From: Lama glama
Taxonomy: Eukaryota
Direction: 5' to 3'
DNA: 63,657 bases
Assembly: GCA_028534125.1 (NCBI GenBank)
Contig: CM052825.1
Span: forward strand, 27,652,344 to 27,716,000
This document shows positions 13,562 through 25,290 of the stretch, piece by piece. Numbering within the stretch: the first letter of the stretch is position 1; the number at the start of each line of letters is the position of its first letter. The position numbers and the translations under genes were made by a program. The notes under the pieces are model-generated. The model was not told the DNA's origin. It saw nothing but the letters and a program-made list of their open reading frames with translations, and ran no database searches.

Positions 13562-13727
13562 GGGGGATATAGCTCTGTGCTGGAGTGCTGTGCTTAGCAT
13601 GCGCTAGGGCCGGGGTTCAATCCCCAGTTCTTCAATTTAAATAAATGAATAAATAAATAAATAAATAAATAAATAAACCGATCTACCTCCCCCCCAAAAA
13701 ATAAAAAATAAATAAATAAATAAATAA
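13562..13727 (+). mobile_element. tRNA-derived SINE (Vic-1-like)
   Basis: gggggatatagctctgtgctggagtgc...ggggttcaatccccag followed by (AAAT)n tails. Confidence 0.85.
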
Positions 13728-14074
13728 CCAAATACTGATCACTTTTGATGCATTTCAAATCACCTGCTATAGGTAAGAGTATTTTACATGGGTAGAATAA
13801 ACCAAAGCTGAGAAGAACACCTTCTCTCTGAGCACTGTGTTGGGTCTGCTTCCTGCCTTCTGAGATCTTTAAGTGTCACGCTGAGTGTCAAGAATTAACA
13901 TCACTGGATTTTTGTGTGTGTGTGTGAAGCATGTGGGCATCTACCCAGGAAGGAGATGGTGCTTTTAAAGAATAAAAGTAGAACTGATCGTTTGGATCTG
14001 GTCTGCTTTAACCAGGACAGGATAAACCGATGACTTGTGGGACATTATATGAGCGTCGCGGGGCTGCTGAGCAG

Positions 14075-14400
14075 CGGAAACGTGTTCCAAAGTCAAGGTG
14101 TTGGCAGGGTTTGGTTCCTTTTGGAGGCTCTAAAGAAGAATCCGTCCTCTCTCCTAGCTTCTGGTGGTTTCCTGCCAGTTCCTGAAGTTCCTTGGCTTAG
14201 ATGTATCCTTTCAGTCACCGTGTCTGTCTTCATGTGGCGTTCTCCTGTGCCCCTGTCTCCACGAGGTGACCAGCCATGTTGGATTAGGGACCCACCCTAC
14301 TGGAGTATGACCCCCTTCTTCCCTGATTGCATCTGCACTGACCCTATATCTAATAGCTTCACATTCTGAGGTCCTGAGGATTAGGACTTCAACAGATCTT
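14075..14400 (-). mobile_element. MLT1B/C-like MaLR LTR
   Basis: 'aagtcaaggtgttggcagggtt...ttccttggcttag...ggattagggacccacccta...cacattctgaggtcctgaggattaggacttcaaca'. Confidence 0.8.
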
Positions 14401-15675
14401 TATGCTATTAACAGATATTTAAAAGATATAGATGCTTGGATCCCAGCTGCTCAGTCCAGCTACTTAGGGATGGCAAAGAAGTAACCATGGGGGTGCACAA
14501 CAGGGTCTGCGAGCCCCCTGCTGCAGACCGAGGGCCATTTGGATGGTACCCTGAAGACAGCCGTACCTTTGCTTAATGTAAACTCGTTACGTGAAATGCA
14601 GTTCACGTTGACAAAACAGATATTTTGTTAGCAACTCTTTTTCCTTCTACAAATAGCATTTTCTACTCCATTCAAAGATTAACAACTGTTTTTTTTATTC
14701 AGGGAGTTCCCCAGTGGGTTTAAACTGGAATGTCACTCGTCCCTGCTAATAATTCAGAAATCTCCTCAACTGAGGTCATCCTTCCTGCGAAGTGCAGCCC
14801 TGGGACTGGCCACCATTCCCTCAGAATAAAGAACTCCTCTTCCATGAAATGACTATGTGCTTTCCATCACCCTTTCCTGATCCAGGAGGATATCAATGCA
14901 AATGCCCATTTCGCCTTTTTGCAAAGTGTCTATTTATAGCTTTTGTCTGTCGAATCAGCACTGCCATTAACAGCACGTAGACGGGGCTCAGCCACATTTC
15001 CCTTCTCACAGGCACAGTCTGCTTGGCATGAGGAACTGCATTCCCTTGCTCACTAATCCTCGGTGATGCGACTCCCCACCTGGCCCCCATAACCTCCCTT
15101 AGTTCCAGGAACTCTTTGTGAGCCAGTGGTACCAGTCCCCTGACGTTGTAGCTTGCCTTGCTGAGTCCTAATTTTGAATCTTTCTAGAGGCAAGGACACT
15201 GCCCAGTTTCACCATCAGGAATGTCGGGCTGCTGTCCATATGGAAGGCTCTGCAGCAGGTCGGGGCAGAGCTTGGTTCCCAAACTAGAAAGTCTTTTGTG
15301 TGGAAATTGTCAGGCTTTTTTGCAGAAGCAAAGTTTGTATCATTTTACATATACTTTTATTTTTCTCTTCGGGTACCTGCTTAGTCAATCATGAAAGCAT
15401 ATCTTTGCCCATATTCTGCATTCTTTTAAAAAGTTTATTAGTTTATTTCTTAACTAGTTTATTAGTTAACCATATTCTATCATCTGTAGAGTCCCCTGCC
15501 CCAGAAATGATAAATGACTCAGTTGCAATAGAAGTGGGTTTTTTTTTTTCAGTCATCAGTTTTTTTTTTCTTTCAGTCCAAGTTTGGTGTGCTGGATCAG
15601 GGAGCTGGCTTCCTTCCCTGAAGTGATTCAGGGGTCCAGGTTCTACCCATCTTGTGGATCTGCCTTCCCCTAGGG

Positions 15676-15877
15676 TCACCATCATCATTATTATCATCAC
15701 CATCATTATTACCATTATCACCAACATCACTGTCATCACCAACATCACCTTCATTATCACCATCATCATCTTCATCATGATCACCATCATCACCATTATT
15801 ATCACCATCATCACCAACATCACTGTCATTATCACCATCCTCATCATCATTATTAGCAGCAGCAGAAGCAGCATCTG
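15676..15877. repeat. Imperfect (CAT/CAC)n trinucleotide repeat ending in (CAG)n
   Basis: ~200 bp of atc/acc/att triplets. It generates the poly-I/T, poly-M/V and poly-D/N/G pseudo-ORFs. Confidence 0.95.
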
Positions 15878-16367
15878 CACTCAATAGGTGGAAGGGATTA
15901 AAAAAGCATGGAGATCACATTATAGCCACAGCCTAGAATCGACAGACTTTTCACTCACATTTCATTGTTGAGAACCAGTCACATGCAAAAACCCTCTGCA
16001 AAGGATGCTGGGAAATGTAGTCTTGCTGTGCACTTGGGAAAAAGAGGGGAACAGGAATTTTGGGGAAGAGTACACAGAATCTACCATAACTGGATTTTTT
16101 ACGAAATCTTCTGTGTGACCTGACATTTGATTCTTTTTTCCCTCTAACATTTGATTCAAATGAAGGCGTCTCAAGTTACCTTTCATATAATAACCACAGC
16201 TAACTAGCCACCGACTTTAGGAACTCTTGTTACTTCGGAGTGGTTGTGCTAAGCATTACTACGGTAAGTTTTCTTTCTCCATTGCAAGAGGCAGGATTTT
16301 TCCAAGAAAAGTGAGGAAGCATTATAGCTAAGGCCGTTATTCTGATTAATTCTACGATGATCTAATA

Positions 16368-16580
16368 CCAGGGGGTGGCAAACCACTGCCCACGGGCCAC
16401 ACCTGGCCTGTGTCTGTCTATACAAACAACGTTTTATTGGAACACAGGCATGGCCACTCATTAATATATTGTCTGTGGCTGCTTTTGCCCTTCACTGCAG
16501 GGTTGAGTTTTGCAACAGAGACTGTGTGGCCTGATTTTGAAGATATCTGCATCTCCTTAACAGGAAAAGCTTGTACACGA
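16368..16580 (+). mobile_element. MER58A-like hAT DNA transposon
   Basis: 'caggggtggcaaacc...gttttattggaacacag...tattgtctgtggctgctttt...gttgagtt...gcaacagagactgtgtggcc'. Confidence 0.8.
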
Positions 16581-16884
16581 GTGGTCTTCAAACAGGGTTC
16601 TTAAGAACCAAGGGGTGTTTTGAGTCCTCCATGGGGGGATGGGTCCTCACAACCCTTTGACAAGGGCAGCTCCATCTTGATCTCATCTCTCTAGAGGGTT
16701 CTGTATAAACTGCCACTGGGAAAAGTCAAGTTTGGAACTGATCACATGAAACCATTAATGTCCCAAATGTGAAGGAATTGGATCCTGGGCTTCCTCCCTT
16801 TTGGGAAGCCTCAAAAAGTCACCTTTACCTAGATGGTGGAGACTGAGGGCATGAACCTCCAGCTAGGAGTCACAACATTCTTGC

Positions 16885-17200
16885 ACTCATTCATTCAAAA
16901 GCATTCGTTCAACACCCCACATGTGTGCAGGGGGCAGACAGGGAGTGCACATCACAGACGAGGTCTGACCCTCAGAGAGCCTGCAGTCTGACGGAGGGAA
17001 GGCAGACCACGTGTAAATAGACACAGCACCGATATGTTATACAGTCTCGGCTGGAGGAAATAAGCCCTGGCAGTGGACGGTGGGTGATGGAGTCCTCTTT
17101 TATTTAGGAAGACCCGGGAATGTCTCCTGAGGAGGTGACCTGGATTTGGATAAGGACAGAAAGTCACAGGGAGATCTGGAGAGTGTCAGGGCAGCTATAA
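16885..17200 (-). mobile_element. L2 fragment
   Basis: 'cattcattcaaaagcattc...gaccctcagagagcctgcagtctgacggagg...tttaggaagacc...tcctgaggaggtgac' L2 3' pattern. Confidence 0.55.
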
Positions 17201-17649
17201 CAGCAAAAACAAAGCTTTCCAAGCACGAAGGTGGCCTTCCAAGCATGCTTCCACACAACCTTCCAGAACTGTTCTCTGTTTGCGCCCCAGTCTGTGCGTT
17301 AGTGCAGGCTGGTGTCTTGTATGTGCATCTAGAAGATCGCCTGCCTTGTTTTTTCTATCCACCTGGAAAAAACGCTTCCTCATTATCATGTAATACTCAG
17401 TTCAAAGGCAGCAACTTTCGTGACGCTTTCTACGACCCGAGGTGGGATTTCCACTCACTCCTTTTCTTCCACTGTATCTTGAACGTTTATGTTCCCAGTG
17501 CTTTATTTCTGTGTTTTTGTGGACATAAGGAGAGGGACGGTTTAGGTCTGACTCTCCATCTTATCTCCAGGCATCGTGCATCGTGACCTATCCATCGTGA
17601 TACTTAATGATTACTAAATGCGATTATGTGTATCCCTTAGAAAAATAAA

Positions 17650-18050
17650 ATGATAGCTGAACGTTTACTTGGAACGCTGTTCCAAATACTTAACACGTGT
17701 AAGCTCATTCGGTATGCACATAGCCGTATGAGTTAGAGACTCTTATTATTTATGGAAGAAGATGCTGAAACACTGGAAGGTTAGAGTAATGTGTCCAGAG
17801 TCCCACGTACATAATAATCATAACACACAAGCATAATAACTAGTGTTTATTATGTTACCGCTAAGCATTTAATGTGGACTGTTTCATTTAATACTCATGC
17901 AACCCTCTGGAGGAAGTACTGTTAAGATATTCATTTTGCAGAGGGGGGAATCAGAATGCAGGAAGGTTAAATAACTTGCCCCAGAATGCGTGGCTAGGGT
18001 AGGGCAGAATTGGGGTTCAAATTCATACGCACATGCTTCCAGAATCTTTG
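17650..18050 (-). mobile_element. Two tandem MIR fragments
   Basis: 'gatgctgaaacactggaaggtt' and 'cattttgcagagg...aaggttaaataacttgccc...gggcagaattggggttcaaa'. Confidence 0.6.
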
Positions 18051-19128
18051 TCTTCACCCCCACGCTTGAATGTGGTGTGTTGGCACCAGAAAGGGATTAA
18101 AAAAAAAAAAAGCCAGCACCACCTTGTTATAAAGCTGACTGCTCAAGGTAAACATTCAGCAGACGCCACCAATGCTGTGTCCTTGGAGATGCTTTGTGTG
18201 CCGGGTGCGGCTGCATCTTGCTCCTCAATTCCCTGCCCGGAACCCTGTGTTTACTTCTGCTGTTGTCCGCCCATTAGATGAGGCATGAGCACAGCCATCC
18301 ACAAAAGCAGAGTTATAGGGTGAGGACGCAACACCGAGAATGCATCAGGGTTATTTATAGTCCAGAGTTCCGGGCTGAAAAGGTGGCTGGCGTGGAGCCT
18401 AATCATTTCCCGGGGAACTGGGGAGAACAGGGGACGGTGGCAGTAAAGAGCTCCCAGAGGGTCAGGGTGGCACACCAATTAAAATAACTTCCAGACACTT
18501 AACACGCACGGCGCTTAGCTAGAGACCCATGCGTGTTCGGCCGGGAAGGAAAAATATCTTCTGATGTCTCCCCTTAAGCAGAGAGGCAGCCTGTCTGATA
18601 CTGTTGTTGCAACACAACTCTAATTTAAATTCCAGACTCTGTGATAATGAGTTGGCGGCCCCATCGCTCTGGCTGGCATATCTCGATATAACGGAAAAAT
18701 GTCCAGTCTGATTTGACTCTTTAAATAGCTGTCGATGCTAAGCTTCACGTGAAAGCGGGGAGGGCTTGGTGTGGGACCCTCTTTCTGCAGACCAGTTTGT
18801 GAAACTCCAGCAATTACTGTTCATTCGGTTCCCCGGTGACCTCTTTTCTCATTCAATGCATGGCTTTCTGCTTCGTTAGGACTCTGTAGGTTGCAATAGG
18901 CAGAATTCTAACTCAACTTGGCTCGAACAAAGGCAAGGAAGATACGAAGGATTTATTTGTGCTCATGAAACCAAAGAGTTTCAGGGTGGGACTGGCTTTT
19001 CGGCTGTGCCTAGACCTTGGATGTCCCCGTGAAGCTGTTTCTACACGTCTCAGAACTGCTTTCAGCTTTGTTGGCTTTATTCTCAGGGCCATCCATATCG
19101 ATCACGGAAACTCCAGACTTACACCCAC

Positions 19129-19562
19129 TGTATGAGTTTCCCGGAGCTGCTGTAACAAGCTCCCACAAACTGGGAGCTTGCAACAAGAAAAGTATAGAAG
19201 CCAGAAATCAAGGTGTTTGTAGGGTGAGCTCCTTCTGGGGACTCTGACAAAGAGTTCCTTCCATGCATCTATCTTAACTTTTAGTGACGGCCAGCCACCC
19301 TTGGCTTGTGGCTGCATCACTCCAATCTCTTCTTCTGATGTCACATGACTTTCTCTCTGGGTCTCTTTCTCCAGCTCCTTTTTCTTACCAGATCACTAGT
19401 CTTTAGATGTAGGGCCCATCTAAAATCCAGGATGATTTTACCTCAAGAGCCTTAGCTACGCCTGCAAAGACCTCCCCCCTTCCCAAATAAGGACACATTC
19501 CCAAGTACCAAGGGTTTGGACCTGGACGTTTCTATCTGAGGACACTGACCACCATTCACCGC
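19129..19562 (-). mobile_element. MLT1C-like MaLR LTR
   Basis: 'tgtatgagtttcccggagctgctgtaacaa...ccttggcttgtggctgcatcactccaatctct...ccaggatgattt...tgcaaagacc...ccaaataagg'. Confidence 0.85.
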
Positions 19563-22186
19563 ACGTACCGATGTGTCACCCTCAACACAAACAGAGCAAA
19601 CCTCAGAAGTCCTGGGCTGATGCTCATCCGCTCCGAGGACCCAGTTTAAGGCCTAACTCCACATCTCTGCCAATCACTGCAGCTAGAAGGATTCAGTGCA
19701 CTCACTGGCCAGTCTGAGGACGTGGGCCAATGCCAGATAAAGGTCATATCAGTTGGACAAACACACGGATCAAATAAAGCATCTTGAGAGGTGCTTGAAG
19801 AAGACGTACACTCACTTAATGTGAATGAATTGATTTTAAAAAATAAATAACTGAAGAGCTGGAGGAAAGCGAACTGGGAAGAAGTTGCCACAAAAAGTGC
19901 TCCCTCTTTGTTGCCAAGTTTATGTTGGGCAAAGGTGCTTGCTGCGTGTTTCGGGCCACTAAAAGCTCCAGGAGTGATATATTGGTTTGGGTGGGTGTCT
20001 GTGGGGAAAGGGAATATTTATGGAACATGTGAATCTTTTACTGAGTTGTAGGCATTGTAGGAGTTTCTTGGATTAAAGGAAGGAAAAGTCAATGAACATG
20101 TGAATGAGAAATTGTACAAAAGGATGAATGAGTGAATAAGTAGGTGGGCGTGTCCCCCTGCCCCCCAGTTTCCCTGTTGTGCTTGGATTTTTGCCTTTTT
20201 ATTAAAATCATGATAATCAGTGTCACTAATGTGCTTAAAAATTATCACACAACTCCAGGCATAGAGCAAACGTGGAATTCAGTTTTGGTGGTTTTTGTCC
20301 ACGATCTTTTTCTGACAGGTTTGGGCAACACAGTGGGTTCTTAGAAGGTGCTAGTTAATGCCCTTGTTCTCTTAGGAAGCTCTTTCTCTGGACTCTTTCA
20401 CACCCTTCCACGTTGAAAGAAACAGCTATTTATGGCCATGATCCATCTTTACAAAGCTTCTTTGACCAAATGCGTTATTTAATGACCTTGGTTCGTCTGC
20501 CGCTTATACGCGTATATTAAGCACCTCCTAGGTCCCAGGCAGTGTTATGAGATCTGGGAACTGGCTGGTGAAATGGCAAAGGTTCTCCCCTCCCTGTACC
20601 CTCCCCTCCCCAGCAGCTTACGTTTCAGTGGGAAGAGATCAAAATATACATGCAAACAAATTAAGTTGATAAAGAGGATTACAGGGGAGAAGGGGTGCTT
20701 CATGAAGGAAACAGAGCTAACTTGAATGTTGGAAGCACTGTTGGCTAGGCTGCCGTGGTGAGGGTGGGGAGCAGAGACCACTCCCACGAGAGACTATGAA
20801 ACCCAGCGATGGGGAAGGTACCTGCTCGTCAGTTTTATGCAACTAATAACGAGTCTGTGCTGCATATTATTGCTACATGCAGATTCTGTTCTGTGGCCCA
20901 TCTCCCAATGCCATGCCACGGAGAAGGAAGATATGGGTGGGGGGGATACACAAGTATGCGAAGTAACACAACCTGCGTGGGAGGGAGGAGGTAAGTCACA
21001 ACCATGGCCAGCGTGGTGACTCACTGTCCTACAGAGGAAGGCAGGGGAGGACACCTGGGGTCAGTGAGACGTCTGATCCCTTCCTTTACAAAGCTGCGGG
21101 GTGGGGGGGGGGTTGGAGTTCGTCTTCAGAGTTCTTAAAGGAAAGGAAAAAGCCTGTCCCTGGCCTATTTTAAATTCCTGGCTGTTTTTCCGGTTGCGGT
21201 AAGATCAGGGCTGTAGCCTTGATTGTGTCCCAGGGGGCTCAGAAGTGCATGATGATGGTAAGTTAACCATGGACCTTCTGAAGCTCTTACAATGCCGTCC
21301 ACAGAACGGAGCATCTTGCCTTCCACTTACTCCTGTTTTGTTCACAGTGATGTTCTGTCCCTTAAGAGTTATGACATCTTTACTTTGTATGCTTGTTGCA
21401 AGACCATCTCTTATTTCCAAAGGAGTCACAGGGAAGATGTGTTTTAAATGAAAGTGAATAGGATTTTTTTTTATTTTTGAGGGTGGGAGAGTTTTGTGAC
21501 ATTTTCTTTGAGGTCACTGAAAACTTCTAGAAGTGATTGTAAAACCATGACGGGAAAAGAATTGCCGGATCCCCTTCCTGTAATTTTAATGTCAAGCCCA
21601 GGAGGCTCGTTTGAAATGAATTCTGTTGTTTATTCAGTAAACACCTAGGAAACATGCACCAGGTAAACCACCATGAAAGCCCCCCAGGGACCAGCCTTGT
21701 CTTCTAAGAAATTAACTCCCAATGGGTGGCGAGAGAGAGGCACATTCTCAAAACAATTTCACAATCAGTTATTTAACTGCAGTTGGGTTAAGGGCTAAAG
21801 TGAGAAGTAGAGAAAAACAAGACAAATTAAATAAGGAAGATTCCCCAAAACAGAGCTTTTTTCCCTCACCCCTGTAGCCGCAGAGTTTGAGACAGAGTAG
21901 ACGCTTGCCAACAACAGTAACAATTTGAAGGAATGAATGAGCACGTGGCAGGTATAGACTCGCCCATTAGGAATCTTCCTGGAGCCAAATTGCCAGTTAT
22001 AAAAAGGGACACAAAATCCAGGCTCCTCTGCTTTTTTTAGGTATTTCTGATGGAATCAACTCATTTTGTTAGAACTTAAATAAAGCATTCTTTCGCTTTT
22101 TCCAGTCTTAATCTGATGCTCCCTAAGTTCACTCCAACTAAAGTGGAAGCCAGCCTTGTCATGGTTTGCAGAACTGGGTGGTTTAG

Positions 22187-22414
22187 NNNNNNNNNNNNNN
22201 NNNNNNNNNNNNNNNNNNNNNNNNNNNNNNNNNNNNNNNNNNNNNNNNNNNNNNNNNNNNNNNNNNNNNNNNNNNNNNNNNNNNNNNNNNNNNNNNNNNN
22301 NNNNNNNNNNNNNNNNNNNNNNNNNNNNNNNNNNNNNNNNNNNNNNNNNNNNNNNNNNNNNNNNNNNNNNNNNNNNNNNNNNNNNNNNNNNNNNNNNNNN
22401 NNNNNNNNNNNNNN
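22187..22414. other. Assembly gap (N run)
   Basis: Run of N. Confidence 1.
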
Positions 22415-22675
22415 CGGCTCCAGGTAGAATTAGCACTGATCCCATGTAAAGTTTACGTTATCAGATAAAGCTTGACAGCTCACTGAGGTGCCTGTTCAGT
22501 AATTTTTGAATCTAATCAAAATTGATTTATGTGCAATCAAATTACAGGAATAAAGAAACAGCTTCACACCGTTTAGTTGCTGATTAGAGTGTTGCCTGCC
22601 TCTGAAGTCGCACCAGTGTGCATCTCTTAGTTTCATACCAACATTTCATCAAGCTCTAAAATTCTGTGCTGGCTT
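22415..22675. promoter_or_regulatory. Candidate enhancer-like non-coding element (GATA palindrome, MEIS and PBX-HOX motifs)
   Basis: Repeat-free block with TTATCAGATAA (22458-68), TGACAG (22473-78), TGATTTAT (22523-30) and the inverted pair TCTAATCA/TGATTAGA. Conservation not tested. Confidence 0.4.
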
Positions 22676-23109
22676 CTTTTTTTTTTTTTTTTTTCTTTCT
22701 GCTTCTTCTTCTTCTTCTTCTTTTTTTTTTTTAATTTTCACATTGCATGTGGTTGGGTACTCCTGATCTTCTGATGTAGATCAGATTGACCATTTGTGCC
22801 CCCATCAGATTGCATTTTGTGTCCTGTCCAGCAAACGTCGTCTGGATGTCCTTCAGTGTCACCCAGGAGCCTTGCACTAGACGCCTAGATGGCTCCTCCC
22901 AGTAGGAGGGAAGGTCCCCAAGAACAGAGAGTGCTCAGGAGTTGGTGCTGAGGTTGGAGGGACCTGATTCATCATCCTTCCTCCTTCCCTAAGGAGTCTC
23001 ACCTGGGTCAAAAATAGATCCACAAACCCAGTGGGAATTAAAGGACAGAATTCTGTTTATTACCCAGGGGACAGTGCTGCTTTTATATTTGCTTGGCAGA
23101 CACTTATTT

Positions 23110-23360
23110 AATAGTTATGGTGTGCCGGGTGCAATCTGAAGGATTTGACAAACAGAAACCCACTTCATTGTCCGAACGGCCTAAAAACAAAATAGTGTTC
23201 TCCTCCTTACCCCCATTTTAAAGATGAAGAAACTGAGGGACAGAAAGCTGGGCTATTTTGCCCAGGGCTGCCCAGCTGGCGTGTGAAAGAACCAGGATTC
23301 TGATCCAGATGGTCTGGCTCCAGAGTTCATTGACCCTAAACATGATGCCCTGTTGCTTCT
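23110..23360 (-). mobile_element. MIR SINE
   Basis: 'ccccattttaaagatgaagaaactgagggacagaaag...ttgcccagg...accaggattc...tctggctccagag'. Confidence 0.75.
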
Positions 23361-23514
23361 CCAGAAGCTGAAATTGGCTGTCACCCCAGCCCCTTTATCC
23401 CTGCATCTAGACCTTGGGAGTAGCTGGAGGGCACAGATTCACCTCTCCCCACAGGGGAGTGAGACGCAAAGAGAGGGAGCCTGAAGCTAGCCTCTAGAAG
23501 GTGGGGCTCTGGCC

Positions 23515-23647
23515 CCTGTCCTAGGTGAGCTTACCTCTCCTAGGTGTTCTTGCCTGTCCGAGGTGCGCTTACCTGTCCTAGGTGCGCTTACCTGGGCGAG
23601 GTGCGCTTACCTGTCCTAGGTGCGCTTACCTGTCCTAGGTGAGCTTA
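23515..23647. repeat. Minisatellite, 7 x 19 bp (CCTGTCCTAGGTGCGCTTA)
   Basis: Seven contiguous units start at 23515, 23534, 23553, 23572, 23591, 23610 and 23629, with few substitutions. Confidence 0.95.
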
Positions 23648-25189
23648 GGAAACAGAGGTTCAAAATCAAAACAGGCTTTGTTTGGAGGTAGAGAGCAGGA
23701 GGAGAGCGAGAGGGAGAGCGAGAGTGAGAGAAAGGGAGAGAGAAAGGAGCTCACCCATTAGAAGAGTCCTTCCAGCCCCCATGGAGTAGGTTGGGTGAGA
23801 GAGAAAGTGGGAGACATGCTTCTCCAAACACTCACAGCACAGTGGAGGCGAGTTTAAGCCCCGGGTTTGTGGGTCAGGGGGAATGCATGAAGGAATAAGA
23901 AGATAAGAATTGTTAACCTCTAGACTGAGCCTCAGGAATCCATGGCGTCATGACATGTGATGGGTAAAGTCAGTTTTCAGACAAACGAGCAGCACCTTCT
24001 GAAAGGAAGGCGTGGTGGTGGAGAGGGGCAGCCGTTCAGTGAGGCTGGAGGGGGGGTGGGGAGTTGGTGGGAGATGATGATGGAGATAAACTGTGAATGG
24101 ACAGGCGGGTCCCTGCAGGGCAGGCAGGGGTAGTGTTTGAATCAAGTAGGATGTGTCCTAGTGTAAAAGGAGAGCTTTCAGGAAATATTTAGACATTCTC
24201 TCATTCCTTAAAACAATCACTCCCTGAAGTAGTCATCCTCAGCCTTTTCCTGCACAAGGTCCACGCTAAATATCACCAAACCTGGCAACAGCAGCAAAAA
24301 CATAATTGTTGCTGCAGTGTGCAGCGTCTCCAAGTGTCCATAGAGGCACCTGTAGGTCACTGTCTGAACATAACGGTGTAGGAGGCTGACCAGGCTCCCG
24401 TATTTGGTCCTGAGACAAAGGTCCCCCGCATCCTGGTAGATGAGGTGCTGTTTCCAGGATGCCGGTTGAGTGTTAACATTCTGCTTCTTACAGCCTGTGT
24501 CCGGCTCAGCTCACCATTCTGCCTGGAGGATGGCCCCTTCAGAATGTATACTTAGTGTTAGCCAAAGTTTATTTTGCGTCTTTTTTCAGAATTTGGCATG
24601 TTTCCAGGAAGGGTACCTGGATGGCAAACTACTGGGGTTCTCCTAAGACTGGGGTGTGTTCCAGTAATGGCATGTGATTTAATTTTTCGTGGAGTTTGAA
24701 GAAGCCTTGTGTTATGATTTTAGGTATTCATATTTTTGATGTCTTATTGTGTTATTTTTCAAATCTAGAAAAGAAGGAAGAGTCATAAACACCCATACAG
24801 CCACCACCAAGGTACTACTACTGAGATTTTATCCAATTTGTTTAATCCCGTATCTGTCCATCCACCCCTGCATCCATCTGTCCACCCTAGTTTGGTTTCT
24901 GTGCACTTCAAAGTGTTGCAAGCCTCAGTACTCTTCACCTTGAACACGTCAGGATGCAGATCTTTAACAAGAGGTCACCATTTACCCATGCTTCGTTTGA
25001 GGTTTATTTATTTGTACTGAGATCCACAGATCTTAAGTGTACCATTTGATGAGGTTTGACAAATGAGTACACCCATATAACGTGAACTTCTGTCACCTGC
25101 CAAAGTTTAAGTATGATTAGTGTGTGCATTCGAATAATAATTCACATAACAAACCTACGATTACATGAATAGCAAATTGACAAGTGAAT

Positions 25190-25290
25190 ATGTTTGTGTA
25201 TATACGTGTACATGTATGTATGTGTACACATGTGTATAACGTGCATGTGTGTATGTATGTATATAAGGATACGTAGGTGTGTGTGTGTAA
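25190..25290. repeat. TA/TG alternating simple repeat
   Basis: tgtgtatatacgtgtacatgtatgtatgtgtacacatgtgta... Confidence 0.85.

Noticed and set aside
15443-15887. Low-complexity ORFs (poly-M/V, poly-D/G/N, poly-I/T)
   Set aside because: Translations of a (CAT)n simple repeat.
23515-23647. CRISPR-like repeat
   Set aside because: Contiguous tandem units with no unique spacers.
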